A stretch of 64,000 nt of DNA from Pseudomonadota bacterium (GTDB lineage: Bacteria; Bdellovibrionota_C; UBA2361; OMII01). Below, one piece after another: positions 48,045 to 57,552 of this stretch. Within the stretch, counting starts at the first letter, position 1. Every line of letters begins with the position of its first letter. Location: the NCBI GenBank assembly GCA_038134595.1, contig JAYPVM010000007.1, forward strand, positions 77,634-141,633. The letters run 5' to 3'. Position numbers and translations under genes: made by a program. A model generated the notes under the pieces. It did no database searches. It was not told where the DNA came from and was given only the letters and a program-made list of their open reading frames with translations.

Positions 48045-51000
48045 CTTGTATCACACCGCCACACTTCGTCAGGAAGCCGGTCTCTAAAGAGCTTCTGATA
48101 CCTCTTGCGTAACGATTTTCTCGCCTTCTTGAACCGCTGGTCGCCTCCTCTTGGCACGAGACTAAAGAGATTATCGAGCAAAGAAAGATAGTAGGACTTT
48201 CTCACTGGCTGTGCCGAACACATAGGACCTATCTCACTCACGTCTTCACAAATATACGTTTCATAAAGCTTATTAGATTCTGCTAGGGCCTTTTTATAAA
48301 ACCGAATTACCTTCTTTTTGAACTTAGAGGTATTGCCATACGAGTTGCTACGCATAACCTTCCACATTTCAGCTAAGTAACGTGAAAGTGTTTCTCGAGC
48401 CAAGTTTTGTATCGATCTAATATCCTCTTCTGGGAACTTCTCACATCCTAGGACACCTCCTCCTTCACACAGTGGAGTTAGGCCATTTACTATGGTCTCA
48501 CTACCTAGAAATCTCCAAATAAGATCTAGACCGGAGTTGGCATCATAAGGAACCGAAAATTCGCCCGTTTCATCAAATCTTTGACTGGTTCCTGCGCCAC
48601 CGCTGGACCGGTACTTCGGCGCAATTGTTTGATATACTCCCGAGGAATCCTTAAGTGAGTTAATCTCGAGATCATCGTCCGTTTCGCTTATATCCCGATA
48701 CATCGCCGGATCTAAATGAGAAACCTCAACCTCTACAACGGAGGAATCTTTGGCATTTAGTGTATACCTTAGTACTGCAACTGGGGTGCCCTCTTCAATC
48801 GTTAAGCAAGCTCCAGCTTGGTCAACCATTGGTGTTGCAACTATCGCAGGGTTGTATACGTCTGAAAACTCTACGGCACTTCCCGACCGCGCAAATTGTG
48901 CGGCGTGCTCGCTACCCGAATATACAAGTAAGGCAGAGCCACTATCAACCACGATCGGATCAATTAACTGTCCATTATTATCAGTTCGGGATTCATAGAC
49001 CGCTACCGGCGTCAGATCGCTACTCTCTTCTACAACAACTACCAAGCCTGGAATCGGCGTCACATTAGCTTCTGCCGGAGTCTCCTCTCCATCGACCATG
49101 CGTCCGACTTTAAATGAGAGCATATAAGAGCCTGGAGTGTGTGTAGCCGTCGGTGTCACTGTAGGAGTGTGTGTAGCCGTAGATGTTGGAGTACTCGTAG
49201 GTGTATCGGTAGGTGTATCGGTCGGCGTACTAGTCGGGGTGACAGTTGGCGTGTTCGTTGCGGTTTCGGTCGGCGTATGAGTCGGAGTGTCCGTTGGCGT
49301 GCTAGTCGGTGTCGCTGTCGGTGTGTCAGTTGGCGTATCCGTGCTCGTTGCTGTTGGTGTGGTCGTCGGAGTTACCGTCGGACTACTCGTTGGTGTCTCA
49401 CTCGGCGTGACTGTCGGAGTATTTGTAGGCGTCTCAGTTGGTGTCTCAGTTGGCGTGTCTGTTGGCGTGCTTGTTGGAGTACTCGTTGGCGTCGTAGTCG
49501 GAGTATTAGTAGCCGTTGATGTCGGAGTTTCGGTCGGCGTATCTGTTGGAGTCTCAGTGGGTGTATGAGTCGGCGTCAGCGTTGGTGTATCGGTGGCCGT
49601 TTCGGTCGGAGTGCTCGTTGGAGTGTCCGTTGGTGTATCGGTCGGCGTTTCTGTTGGCGTCTCTGTCGGCGTATCGGTTGGTGTATCAGTCGGAGTTTCG
49701 GTCGGCGTATCTGTTGGAGTATTTGTCGGCGTATCAGTAGGCGTATCTGTCGGCGTATCTGTCGGCGTACCAGTAGGTGTTTCAGTTGGAGTATCTGTAG
49801 GTGTATCTGACGGCGTATAAGTAGGCGTTTCAGTTGGAGTATCGGTAGGTGTCTCGGTAGGTGTCTCGGTAGGTGTCTCAGTCGGAGTATCAGTAGGCGT
49901 TTCAGTAGGCGTTTCAGTTGGAGTATCGGTAGGTGTATCTGTCGGTGTCTCGGTAGGTGTCTCAGTCGGAGTATCAGTAGGCGTTTCAGTAGGCGTTTCA
50001 GTTGGAGTATCGGTAGGTGTATCTGTCGGTGTCTCGGTAGGTGTCTCAGTCGGAGTATCGGTCGGAGTTTCAGTCGGCGTCTCTGTTGGCGTATCAGTTG
50101 GCGTTTCGGTCGGTGTCTCTGTTGGGGTCGCTGTCGGGGTATTGGTAGGTGTCCAACTATATGCGTTACCACCTAGATAGAGGAATGCTGCACCCTCGTC
50201 TCCTTCTCCCCAGCCATAGAACGGAGCGCCTACCACAAGATCGCTTCGTCCATCGTTATTTACATCCCCTGCACTGCTTACACTGTTGCCGTACCATGCC
50301 CCAGCTTGATCACTCTCTCCAGTCCATGCAGGAGTTGTTGAAAGCCCTGAAGCCGAGCCAAGATACAGGTAGGCTCGGCCCTCGCGAGTTTGGTCATTGG
50401 TGTAGCGGGTAGCCCCAACAATTACATCATCATATCCATCCCCGTTTACATCCCCTGCACTGCTTACACTCCAGCCGTACCCTGAATAAGCTTGATCACT
50501 CTCTGTAGTCCACGAAGCGGTTGTTGAAAGCCCTGAAGCCGAGCCAAGATACAGGTAGGCTCGGCCCTCGCGAGTTTGGTCATTGGTGTATCGCTCGGCC
50601 GTAACAATTACATCATCATATCCATCGCCGTTTACATCTCCGGCACTGCTTACACTAGAGCCGTAATCTGCATTAGCTTGATCACTCTCTCCAGTCCATG
50701 CAGCAGTTGTTGAAAGCCCTGAAGCCGAGCCAAGATACAGGTAGGCTCTGCCCTCGCTAGTTTCTCCATTGTCGTAGCCGGGTGCCCCAACAATTACATC
50801 ATCATATCCATCCCCGTTTACATCCCCGGCACTGCTTACACTCCAGCCGTAAGCTGCATAAGATTGATTACCCTCTATGTTCCATGAAGCAGTTGTTGAG
50901 AGACCTGACGCTGAACCAAGATACAGGTAGGCTTGGCCATCGCAGCACCCCGATGCTACATTGGTGGATTCGTGAGCCCCAACAATTACATCATCATATC

Positions 51001-52138
51001 CATCGCCGTTTACATCCCCTGCACTGCTTACACTTGCGCCGTAAGCTGCCCAAGCTTCATTACCATCTCCGGTCCATGAAGCCGTGGTTGAGAGACCTGA
51101 CGCTGAGCCGAGGTATAGGTAGGCTCGACCCTCGCCATCATTACCGTAGTAGGAGGGAGCTCCAACAATTACATCATCATATCCATCGCCGTTTACATCC
51201 CCTGCACTGCTTACACTCCAACCGTAATATCCATAAGGTACATTAGCCTCTATGTTCCATGAAGCAGTTGTTGAGATACCTGAACCTGAGCCAAAATACA
51301 GAAAAGCTCCCCCCCCGTTGCGTCCATATCCGTCGGAGGTGCCGTATGGGGGAGCCCCAACAATCACATCATCATACCCATCGCCGTTTACATCCCCTGC
51401 ACTGCTTACACTGTAGCCGTAATTGTCATAACCTAGATTACTCCAGGTAGGAGTATTCGATAGGTCTCCTGCTGTTGCTGTTGGCGTTGCAGTCGGGGTC
51501 TGAGTCGGGGTTTCGGTCGGCGTTTCGGTTGGTGTATCGGTAGGTGTCTCTGTCGGCGTATCGGTTGGCGTTTCTGTTGGTGTCTCTGTCGGGGTATCCG
51601 TTGGAGTGTCTGTCGGCGTTTCTGTCGGTGTTTCTGTTGGAGTATCGGTAGGTGTATCTGTCGGCGTCTCGGTAGGTGTCTCGGTCGGAGTATCTGTAGG
51701 TGTATCAGTTGGAGTATCGGTAGGTGTATCTGTCGGTGTCTCCGTTGGAGTATTCGTTGGCGTTTCTGTTGGAGTATTCGTTGGAGTTTCTGTCGGAGTA
51801 GCTGTCGGAGTATCGGTCGGGGTTTCTGTTGGAGTTTCAGTTGGGGTATTTGTCGGTGTCTCAGTGGGCACCTGCGCAGCCGCAACAGGTGTGAGAACAA
51901 GAAATGCTCCAAACAAGAATACAACGGCTACGCACATCGGTAAGACTTTGCGCCATTGTCGAGAAAGGCTTGCCTCTTCCGACTCGCACACGGGTTTTTT
52001 GCATACCGAGCAACTCCCGCCAACTGCAGATGCGTAACGCCAAAGCCCAACAAGCATCCGTAACACCCCAAAGCCAACGACCTCTAGGCTTTCCGTATTA
52101 CATGCGCTATCGCGTATCGCTTTGTTTCGTCGATTCAT
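48041..52138 (-). CDS. Secreted mucin-like surface protein: Thr/Pro stalk, 7 FG-GAP (integrin-alpha-like) repeats, second Thr/Pro stalk, Cys-containing C-terminal domains
   Basis: Signal peptide ending PVAAA|Q, (TPT[E/D/N])n tracts and seven [15 protein letters not shown] repeats. The true start may be downstream (52057, 51991 or 51937). Confidence 0.92.
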   Translation of the reverse strand: MNRRNKAIRDSACNTESLEVVGFGVLRMLVGLWRYASAVGGSCSVCKKPVCESEEASLSRQWRKVLPMCVAVVFLFGAFLVLTPVAAAQVPTETPTNTPTETPTETPTDTPTATPTETPTNTPTETPTNTPTETPTDTPTDTPTDTPTDTPTETPTETPTDTPTDTPTETPTETPTDTPTDTPTETPTETPTDTPTETPTDTPTETPTETPTQTPTATPTATAGDLSNTPTWSNLGYDNYGYSVSSAGDVNGDGYDDVIVGAPPYGTSDGYGRNGGGAFLYFGSGSGISTTASWNIEANVPYGYYGWSVSSAGDVNGDGYDDVIVGAPSYYGNDGEGRAYLYLGSASGLSTTASWTGDGNEAWAAYGASVSSAGDVNGDGYDDVIVGAHESTNVASGCCDGQAYLYLGSASGLSTTASWNIEGNQSYAAYGWSVSSAGDVNGDGYDDVIVGAPGYDNGETSEGRAYLYLGSASGLSTTAAWTGESDQANADYGSSVSSAGDVNGDGYDDVIVTAERYTNDQTREGRAYLYLGSASGLSTTASWTTESDQAYSGYGWSVSSAGDVNGDGYDDVIVGATRYTNDQTREGRAYLYLGSASGLSTTPAWTGESDQAGAWYGNSVSSAGDVNNDGRSDLVVGAPFYGWGEGDEGAAFLYLGGNAYSWTPTNTPTATPTETPTETPTDTPTETPTETPTDTPTETPTETPTDTPTDTPTETPTETPTDTPTETPTETPTDTPTDTPTETPTETPTDTPTETPTETPTETPTDTPTETPTYTPSDTPTDTPTETPTGTPTDTPTDTPTDTPTNTPTDTPTETPTDTPTDTPTETPTETPTDTPTDTPTSTPTETATDTPTLTPTHTPTETPTDTPTETPTSTATNTPTTTPTSTPTSTPTDTPTETPTETPTNTPTVTPSETPTSSPTVTPTTTPTATSTDTPTDTPTATPTSTPTDTPTHTPTETATNTPTVTPTSTPTDTPTDTPTSTPTSTATHTPTVTPTATHTPGSYMLSFKVGRMVDGEETPAEANVTPIPGLVVVVEESSDLTPVAVYESRTDNNGQLIDPIVVDSGSALLVYSGSEHAAQFARSGSAVEFSDVYNPAIVATPMVDQAGACLTIEEGTPVAVLRYTLNAKDSSVVEVEVSHLDPAMYRDISETDDDLEINSLKDSSGVYQTIAPKYRSSGGAGTSQRFDETGEFSVPYDANSGLDLIWRFLGSETIVNGLTPLCEGGGVLGCEKFPEEDIRSIQNLARETLSRYLAEMWKVMRSNSYGNTSKFKKKVIRFYKKALAESNKLYETYICEDVSEIGPMCSAQPVRKSYYLSLLDNLFSLVPRGGDQRFKKARKSLRKRYQKLFRDRLPDEVWRCDTS
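49133..50152 (-). repeat. Coding 12-bp tandem repeat ([12 protein letters not shown]), block 2, containing an 84-bp higher-order repeat
   Basis: Exact 84-bp units at 49861-49944 and 49945-50028, plus a partial unit to 50059. Confidence 0.95.
50175..51430 (-). repeat. Seven ~185-bp FG-GAP coding repeats
   Basis: Near-identical DNA, with gtttacatcccctgcactgcttacact recurring in the units. Confidence 0.95.
51480..51868 (-). repeat. Coding 12-bp tandem repeat (TPTE/TPTD), block 1
   Basis: Visible gtcgg/gttgg/gtagg 12-nt periodicity. Confidence 0.95.
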
Positions 52139-52513
52139 CTCAACAACGGAGTCGACTTAACCAGCTGAAAACTTTAATTTTTCATAGATTCTTTCAACAT
52201 GGGCATTCGTTAAACGACTATGAAAGCCTTCAAAATATACAACCTGCTGATTATAAATGGATTTTCATTTTTCGAATGGCATTCGAAAGCTAGTAGAGTC
52301 AAATTCTCGCTCCATGGGAGGCGTTGTGTGAGACGAACTCAACACACAGGCTAAGTGTTGGCTTGAAAGAGCAAGCCAAGTTGGCTAAGTAGTTGTATTT
52401 AATGGGTAAGTTTCAACCATCTCATTCTCAATCAAGAAAACATCCCCTTTCCAACCCATCGACTTACAACTTAAGCCTTTTTTATGGTTTAGCACCGTGG
52501 TATATCCTTTTGT

Positions 52514-52768
52514 ATGCAGATGACGTTAGGGACACATGGAAACTCATACCAAGCTAGCACTCAAGGATCGTTCTATGATCTTCGTATGCCCAGTGCCATG
52601 GAAACTCAACGGGCTTCCCAAAGTCAGGGGGCTTCTCAAAGTCAGGAACTAAACGAGCTTTCCACAAAGAACGCTTCACGAATAGCTAAAGACTATCTTC
52701 TTCTTACAGAAGGATTTCAGAATTTTTCATTTTCTGCGCGAGATTTCGTACAAAGTCTAGCAGCATAA
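52514..52768 (+). CDS. Small hypothetical protein (84 aa) ending in LAA
   Basis: ATG-started ORF in an otherwise empty gap, with an internal ASQSQ duplication and downstream hairpins. Confidence 0.5.
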   Translation: MQMTLGTHGNSYQASTQGSFYDLRMPSAMETQRASQSQGASQSQELNELSTKNASRIAKDYLLLTEGFQNFSFSARDFVQSLAA

Positions 52769-52793
52769 ATGCTGATGACAGTTGTTCGTGAGA

Positions 52794-52829
52794 GAGTTCT
52801 AGTCTCAGTAAGAGAGCACTAGAAAACTC
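52794..52829. terminator. Imperfect hairpin, possible terminator or stabiliser
   Basis: GAGTTCTAGT...ACTAG(AA)AACTC, 25 nt after the 52768 stop; no U-tract. Confidence 0.3.
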
Positions 52830-52946
52830 CAAGACTACCCTTTACCAGTACATAGCAATCGTATACATAGCAACCGGACGGTGGCACGATACCCTCTTTG
52901 CGATATATACTCTGACAAATATCGTAAATGAAGAAGTACAGTCCTC

Positions 52947-55196
52947 ATGAAAAATTCTATCGTAGTGCAACCGATGCGCTTGTTGTTTCGCTCGACTAAG
53001 GAAACAACTTGCAAAACTTTCTCTATCGCAACGTGTGTGTTGCTTCTCGTATCAGTGCTCCTCGGTTGTGGAGATAAAACCTCTGGCTCTGGTTCCCACA
53101 TGAAAGTGTCTTTGGTTGCAGACCAAGAATCAATTTCTAGAGGATCGCGATTTACCCTAGGAGTACACTTTGAGCCAGATCCAGGTTGGCACATCTACTG
53201 GAAAAATGCTGGAGACTCTGGCCTGCCCCCACAGTTTGACTGGACAACCGCCGATGGAATCTCAGTGCAAGAGCCATTGTGGCCATCACCCGAGCGCTTA
53301 GCCACTGGTCCACTGGTCAATTACATTCTCCACGAAACCCTTCTACCCTTTCCTGTAACGGCAAGTTCCGCCGTAGACAGCTCGAAAGTAACAACCTCAG
53401 TGCATCTAGAATGGCTCGTGTGCAAAGATGAATGCTTACCTGGCGAAGCAACACTATCCTTGACGTTGCCGGTTACAAACTATCCAGGAGCCCCCTCACC
53501 ACAGTGGAAATCCTTTGAAAAATCCTTCTCAAATGTACCGATTCCCCTTGAAAAGGTATCGATAGCTATCGAAGAGAGACTCAAGGAGATCGTTGTAGCC
53601 ATCATTCCACTAGACGACCAAATGCTTCCCGCAGATGTTGTATTCATACCAGAGGACAGAAGAATTATCTCAAACTCTGCGCCACAGCGCTCTGAAAAAG
53701 ATGGTGATGTATTAAGGCTCTTTATTCAGCGAGACCCGTATCGGCAAGAGAGCATCTCGCGCTTAAAAGGGGTTCTCGTCTCTCCTTCAGGGTGGTCTTC
53801 TACCGGCACACCCAAAGCCGTCACTATCGATACAAATCCAAACGCGCCATCGAGCGCTAACAACACATTACAACAAGCGCTGCCCGATAAATCAGTGCAG
53901 CAAACAAGTCTTGTCATTATCCTTCTAAGCGCATTAGTCGGTGGATCTCTTCTTAATCTAATGCCGTGCGTGTTTCCCGTTCTGTCCATAAAGATACTAG
54001 GGTTTATCGAACACGCTCATAAAACAAATTCAAGCACCAAGAAACACGGGGTGGCCTTCTCGCTTGGTGTTGTGTGCTCGTTTTGGATATTGGCCACCAT
54101 CTTCCTTGCCCTCCGCGCAGGCGGCGAACAGCTAGGTTGGGGCTTCCAACTACAATCGCCCACGTTTGTAGTGGTAATGATTTTTATCTTTACGATTTTG
54201 GGGCTGCTATTCTTAAGCGACCTTGTCGTAGGACAAAGAATTCAAACACTTGCGGGACGCTCCAAGCTACCAACAAGTTTAATCGGTTCATTTCTAAACG
54301 GAGTACTCGCCACAGCTGTAGCAACGCCGTGCACCGCACCTTTTATGAGCACAGCACTAGCCGCGACCCTCACACTATCAGCCCCTTCAGCTCTTGTAGT
54401 TTTCACAGCACTTGGTGTCGGAATGAGCATACCGTATCTCGCTTTGTCGCTTGCTCCCTCGCTCCTAAAATTTCTCCCCAAACCGGGGGCGTGGATGGAA
54501 ACATTTAAACAGCTCATGGCATTTCCACTCTTTGCAAGCGTTATTTGGCTGTGTCGTGTCTATGCAAGACAAGTTGGGTTTAATGAGCCAGGGGTAAGCA
54601 TCTTCATCGACATTCTCTGGGGCATCTTACTAGTAGGATTTGGATTCTGGTTGGTTATCCGAGCCACAGCATCACGTAACACACTCACCACACGCGCCCT
54701 CCTAATATTGGGAACTCTCGCTATCGCTTCAAGCCTCTACATCGCCTTGCCGAGCGCCTCAGAAGTAGAAGATGCTCAGACAAACACATGTGCTCCGACC
54801 GGTGAAGCCAAACCGTTTCGAGATTCCTTCGGGCTTCTCTGGGAAACCTATTCCGAAGAGCGCTTAGCTCGTATTCTTGCCCAAGGGCGTCCGGTCTTTC
54901 TCGACTTTACGGCTGAGTGGTGTATCACCTGTCAGGTAAATGAGCGTGTAGTATTTAGTTCACAAACAGTCCGAGACCTCATCCTTGAAAAAAATGTTAC
55001 CCTTATGCGAGCCGATTGGACCTCCAAGAACCCCGCAATTACGAAGGCAATTCGACAATTTGGAAGAAATGGTGTTCCCGTTAATGTTTTACTGACCTCA
55101 CCACAAGCAGAGCCACTCATACTTCCTAACATCTTAACACCGGGAATCGTCACAAAAGCCCTTAAAACCATCTCTTCGAATAGACCCATTTCTTGA
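52947..55196 (+). CDS. dsbD: Thiol:disulfide interchange protein DsbD (ScsB-type)
   Basis: GWHIYWKNAGDSG, WLVCKDECLP, LNLMPCVFPVL, ATPCTAPFM, LPKPGAWM and C-terminal Trx motif FTAEWCITC. Confidence 0.93.
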   Translation: MKNSIVVQPMRLLFRSTKETTCKTFSIATCVLLLVSVLLGCGDKTSGSGSHMKVSLVADQESISRGSRFTLGVHFEPDPGWHIYWKNAGDSGLPPQFDWTTADGISVQEPLWPSPERLATGPLVNYILHETLLPFPVTASSAVDSSKVTTSVHLEWLVCKDECLPGEATLSLTLPVTNYPGAPSPQWKSFEKSFSNVPIPLEKVSIAIEERLKEIVVAIIPLDDQMLPADVVFIPEDRRIISNSAPQRSEKDGDVLRLFIQRDPYRQESISRLKGVLVSPSGWSSTGTPKAVTIDTNPNAPSSANNTLQQALPDKSVQQTSLVIILLSALVGGSLLNLMPCVFPVLSIKILGFIEHAHKTNSSTKKHGVAFSLGVVCSFWILATIFLALRAGGEQLGWGFQLQSPTFVVVMIFIFTILGLLFLSDLVVGQRIQTLAGRSKLPTSLIGSFLNGVLATAVATPCTAPFMSTALAATLTLSAPSALVVFTALGVGMSIPYLALSLAPSLLKFLPKPGAWMETFKQLMAFPLFASVIWLCRVYARQVGFNEPGVSIFIDILWGILLVGFGFWLVIRATASRNTLTTRALLILGTLAIASSLYIALPSASEVEDAQTNTCAPTGEAKPFRDSFGLLWETYSEERLARILAQGRPVFLDFTAEWCITCQVNERVVFSSQTVRDLILEKNVTLMRADWTSKNPAITKAIRQFGRNGVPVNVLLTSPQAEPLILPNILTPGIVTKALKTISSNRPIS

Positions 55197-55310
55197 AAGT
55201 AGCCCAAAGAAAGAAAACGTAGTACCATTTTCTCACTAGCCCGTAACATTTACTGTACGGCATGCGGATTAGAAATCATTACATACAACGAAGTACATCC
55301 GGAGTGTCTC

Positions 55311-55922
55311 ATGCAAAAAATCATCGCATTAGTTATTCTCTCTATCTCCCTAATGTGTGTTCCCGTTCAAACCTCCGCCTCTCCAGCCACTATTGGAAGT
55401 CTCGCACCTGATTTTTCACTACCAAACGCCTCTGGTAAAACAATTCATCTTCATGACTTTAAGGGAAAAATCGTCGTACTTGAGTGGTTTAATCCCCGCT
55501 GTCCGTTCGTACAGAAGTTCTACGAACCAAAAATGATGCAACAATACCAACAAGAGCTGACCAGCCAAGGCGTAGTATGGTTAACGATATCTTCTTCCGC
55601 TGAGGGCAAGCAGGGATTTATCAGCCAAGAATCGGCCTCGGGAGTGTTTGCTGATTCGGACATGCACTCTTCAGAGCTTCTCCTTGATCACAAAGGATTG
55701 GTTGGAAGAGCATACGGAGCTAGTACAACGCCGCACATGTTTGTAATCGATTCTCAAGGCAACCTGGCATATGCGGGAGCTATCGATGACACACCCTCAA
55801 CTCGCTCACGTGATATCGCCACCGCTTCCAACTACGTGCTACAAGCGGTCAAGGAGCTAAAGAGCGGCAAGGATGTCTCGGAACCATACACATCCGCGTA
55901 TGGATGTTCCGTTAAGTACTAA
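55311..55922 (+). CDS. Exported redoxin / AhpC-TSA-like thioredoxin-fold protein
   Basis: Signal peptide, APDFSL, VLEWFNPRCPFV, YGASTTPHMFVID, YAGAIDD and YGCSVKY. Confidence 0.92.
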   Translation: MQKIIALVILSISLMCVPVQTSASPATIGSLAPDFSLPNASGKTIHLHDFKGKIVVLEWFNPRCPFVQKFYEPKMMQQYQQELTSQGVVWLTISSSAEGKQGFISQESASGVFADSDMHSSELLLDHKGLVGRAYGASTTPHMFVIDSQGNLAYAGAIDDTPSTRSRDIATASNYVLQAVKELKSGKDVSEPYTSAYGCSVKY

Positions 55923-56020
55923 ACCAGAAAAGAGCCCGGGTCAGTTCAAGCTCTACAAACAATATCGTTGTCCATTTTCTAGCTATGGTATCACCGAGGC
56001 ATTAAAGATTAACCAAGTAA

Positions 56021-56033
56021 AATCAAGTACCTA
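56021..56033 (+). promoter_or_regulatory. IHF-like site AATCAAGTACCTA
   Basis: One mismatch to WATCAANNNNTTR; intergenic. Confidence 0.25.
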
Positions 56034-56089
56034 CTGGTCGCTTTGACTAAGAACCTATTCCACCTACTATAGTAGCATAGCGTTCTATT

Positions 56090-57469
56090 TTGGGGGCATG
56101 TGTGAAAGAGCTTAGCTTTCAGAGCAGGCTTGCGGCAGGTTGTTTGATTGCCGCTAGTTTTTTTTCAAATAGGTCAAAGGCAGATGAGTCCGTTACTCCC
56201 ACGGAAAAACCTCGTGCTGTCCCGACTGCTCCATCCGACCAACAGACAATACAACTATCAAACGAGACGTTACCGCGAACAATCGAACCTTTTCGCCTAG
56301 AGAATAAAAAAGAGCTCAGCGCATTTCTCGACAAACTGCAAACAACAACAGCAACACACGCAGAAATTGAGATATTCGATGATCAAAAACAGGTCATTAA
56401 AAAGCTCGAAGTCCCACTAAGCGAAGATCCCAAGGCAAATGAAGGTCTCCTATGGTTAGGCATAGCTGCTTGTTTGGTGGGCTCTGCTTGCCTATCCGGA
56501 ATGAACGTAGGGCTGATGAGCCTTAATAGATTAGAGCTAGAGATCAAAGCAGAGCAAGGTGACAAAGACGCCCGAAAGATTCTTGCCCTTCGGGAAGACA
56601 GTAACACGGTTCTGGCGACAATCCTTTGGAGCAACGTCGGAGTCAACTGCCTCTTGACGCTCCTAAGCGACTCGGCATTTAACCCCGTTGCCGGTTTTGC
56701 ATTCTCAGTGGGCGGGGTAACGCTGCTTGGAGAAATTCTACCTCAAGGGTATTTTTCGCGAAACGCGCTCAGTCTCGGTGCAAAACTAGCGCCAGCAATT
56801 CAAGCACTAAAGTATGCGCTTTATCCTCTCTCAAAACCTTCGGGGATGATTCTCGATATGTGGCTCGGAAAGGAGGGCGTCAAATTCTGGGAAGAGAGAC
56901 ATCTCGAAGCCGCTTTACGCTACCATTTACGATACCCAAACCCTGAAATCGGTGCTGTCGAAGCACAGGGCGCTGCCAACTTCCTCAAAGTCGATGACAT
57001 TAACGTATGTGAACAAGGTACCGAGATAAAACAAAATAGTATTATTGAAGTAACCGATAAGCACGGAGATTTTGCACTCCCCTCCTTCATGGAATCTTCT
57101 GATGATCCCTTTATTCGGCGAGTAAACGAAGCCGAGGTCCCGTGGGTTGTTCTCACCGACGGAGAAAACATTCCGCGTTACATTCTTGACGCAGACGCAT
57201 TTTTGCGACACTGCCTGATTCGAAAGGCGCCAACGAACATCGAAGATTTTTGTCATGCGCCACTGGTGGTAAATAATCCCAATGAAACTCTTGGCATGGC
57301 AATTAAAAGACTGGAGATATCCCCCGAACGGGCAGATGAGGGCATCATCGATAACGACGTAATCCTTTTTTGGAACAAAGACCATCAAAAAATCCTCACC
57401 GGCGCCGACATCCTCGCACAGCTTTTAGACGGTGTAGTAACAACTCATAACGCTTCGGTGGTCAAGTAG
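56090..57469 (+). CDS. CNNM/DUF21 metal transporter-like membrane protein with a degenerate CBS region
   Basis: LSGMNVGLMSL...LATILWSNVGVN, LLGEILPQGYFSRN and YPLSKP; extra ~115-aa N-terminal region; start uncertain. Confidence 0.85.
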   Translation: MGACVKELSFQSRLAAGCLIAASFFSNRSKADESVTPTEKPRAVPTAPSDQQTIQLSNETLPRTIEPFRLENKKELSAFLDKLQTTTATHAEIEIFDDQKQVIKKLEVPLSEDPKANEGLLWLGIAACLVGSACLSGMNVGLMSLNRLELEIKAEQGDKDARKILALREDSNTVLATILWSNVGVNCLLTLLSDSAFNPVAGFAFSVGGVTLLGEILPQGYFSRNALSLGAKLAPAIQALKYALYPLSKPSGMILDMWLGKEGVKFWEERHLEAALRYHLRYPNPEIGAVEAQGAANFLKVDDINVCEQGTEIKQNSIIEVTDKHGDFALPSFMESSDDPFIRRVNEAEVPWVVLTDGENIPRYILDADAFLRHCLIRKAPTNIEDFCHAPLVVNNPNETLGMAIKRLEISPERADEGIIDNDVILFWNKDHQKILTGADILAQLLDGVVTTHNASVVK

Positions 57470-57552
57470 CAGTTATCCGGCAGTAAAAACCCTAAAAATC
57501 CCCGCCACCCCCCTTGCTCCAAAACACACCGCCAAGTAGTCTCAGGGGTGCC

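Noticed and set aside
49133..51868. Repeat arrays as a CRISPR array or DGR template/variable repeats
   Set aside because: The repeats are in-frame coding units with no unique spacers. No cas or reverse transcriptase gene is present, and I saw no adenine-specific mismatch pattern.
49139..52037. Plus-strand (VGVS)n and Arg/Cys-rich ORFs, and alternative minus-frame ORFs
   Set aside because: These are shadow frames of the TPTx repeat.
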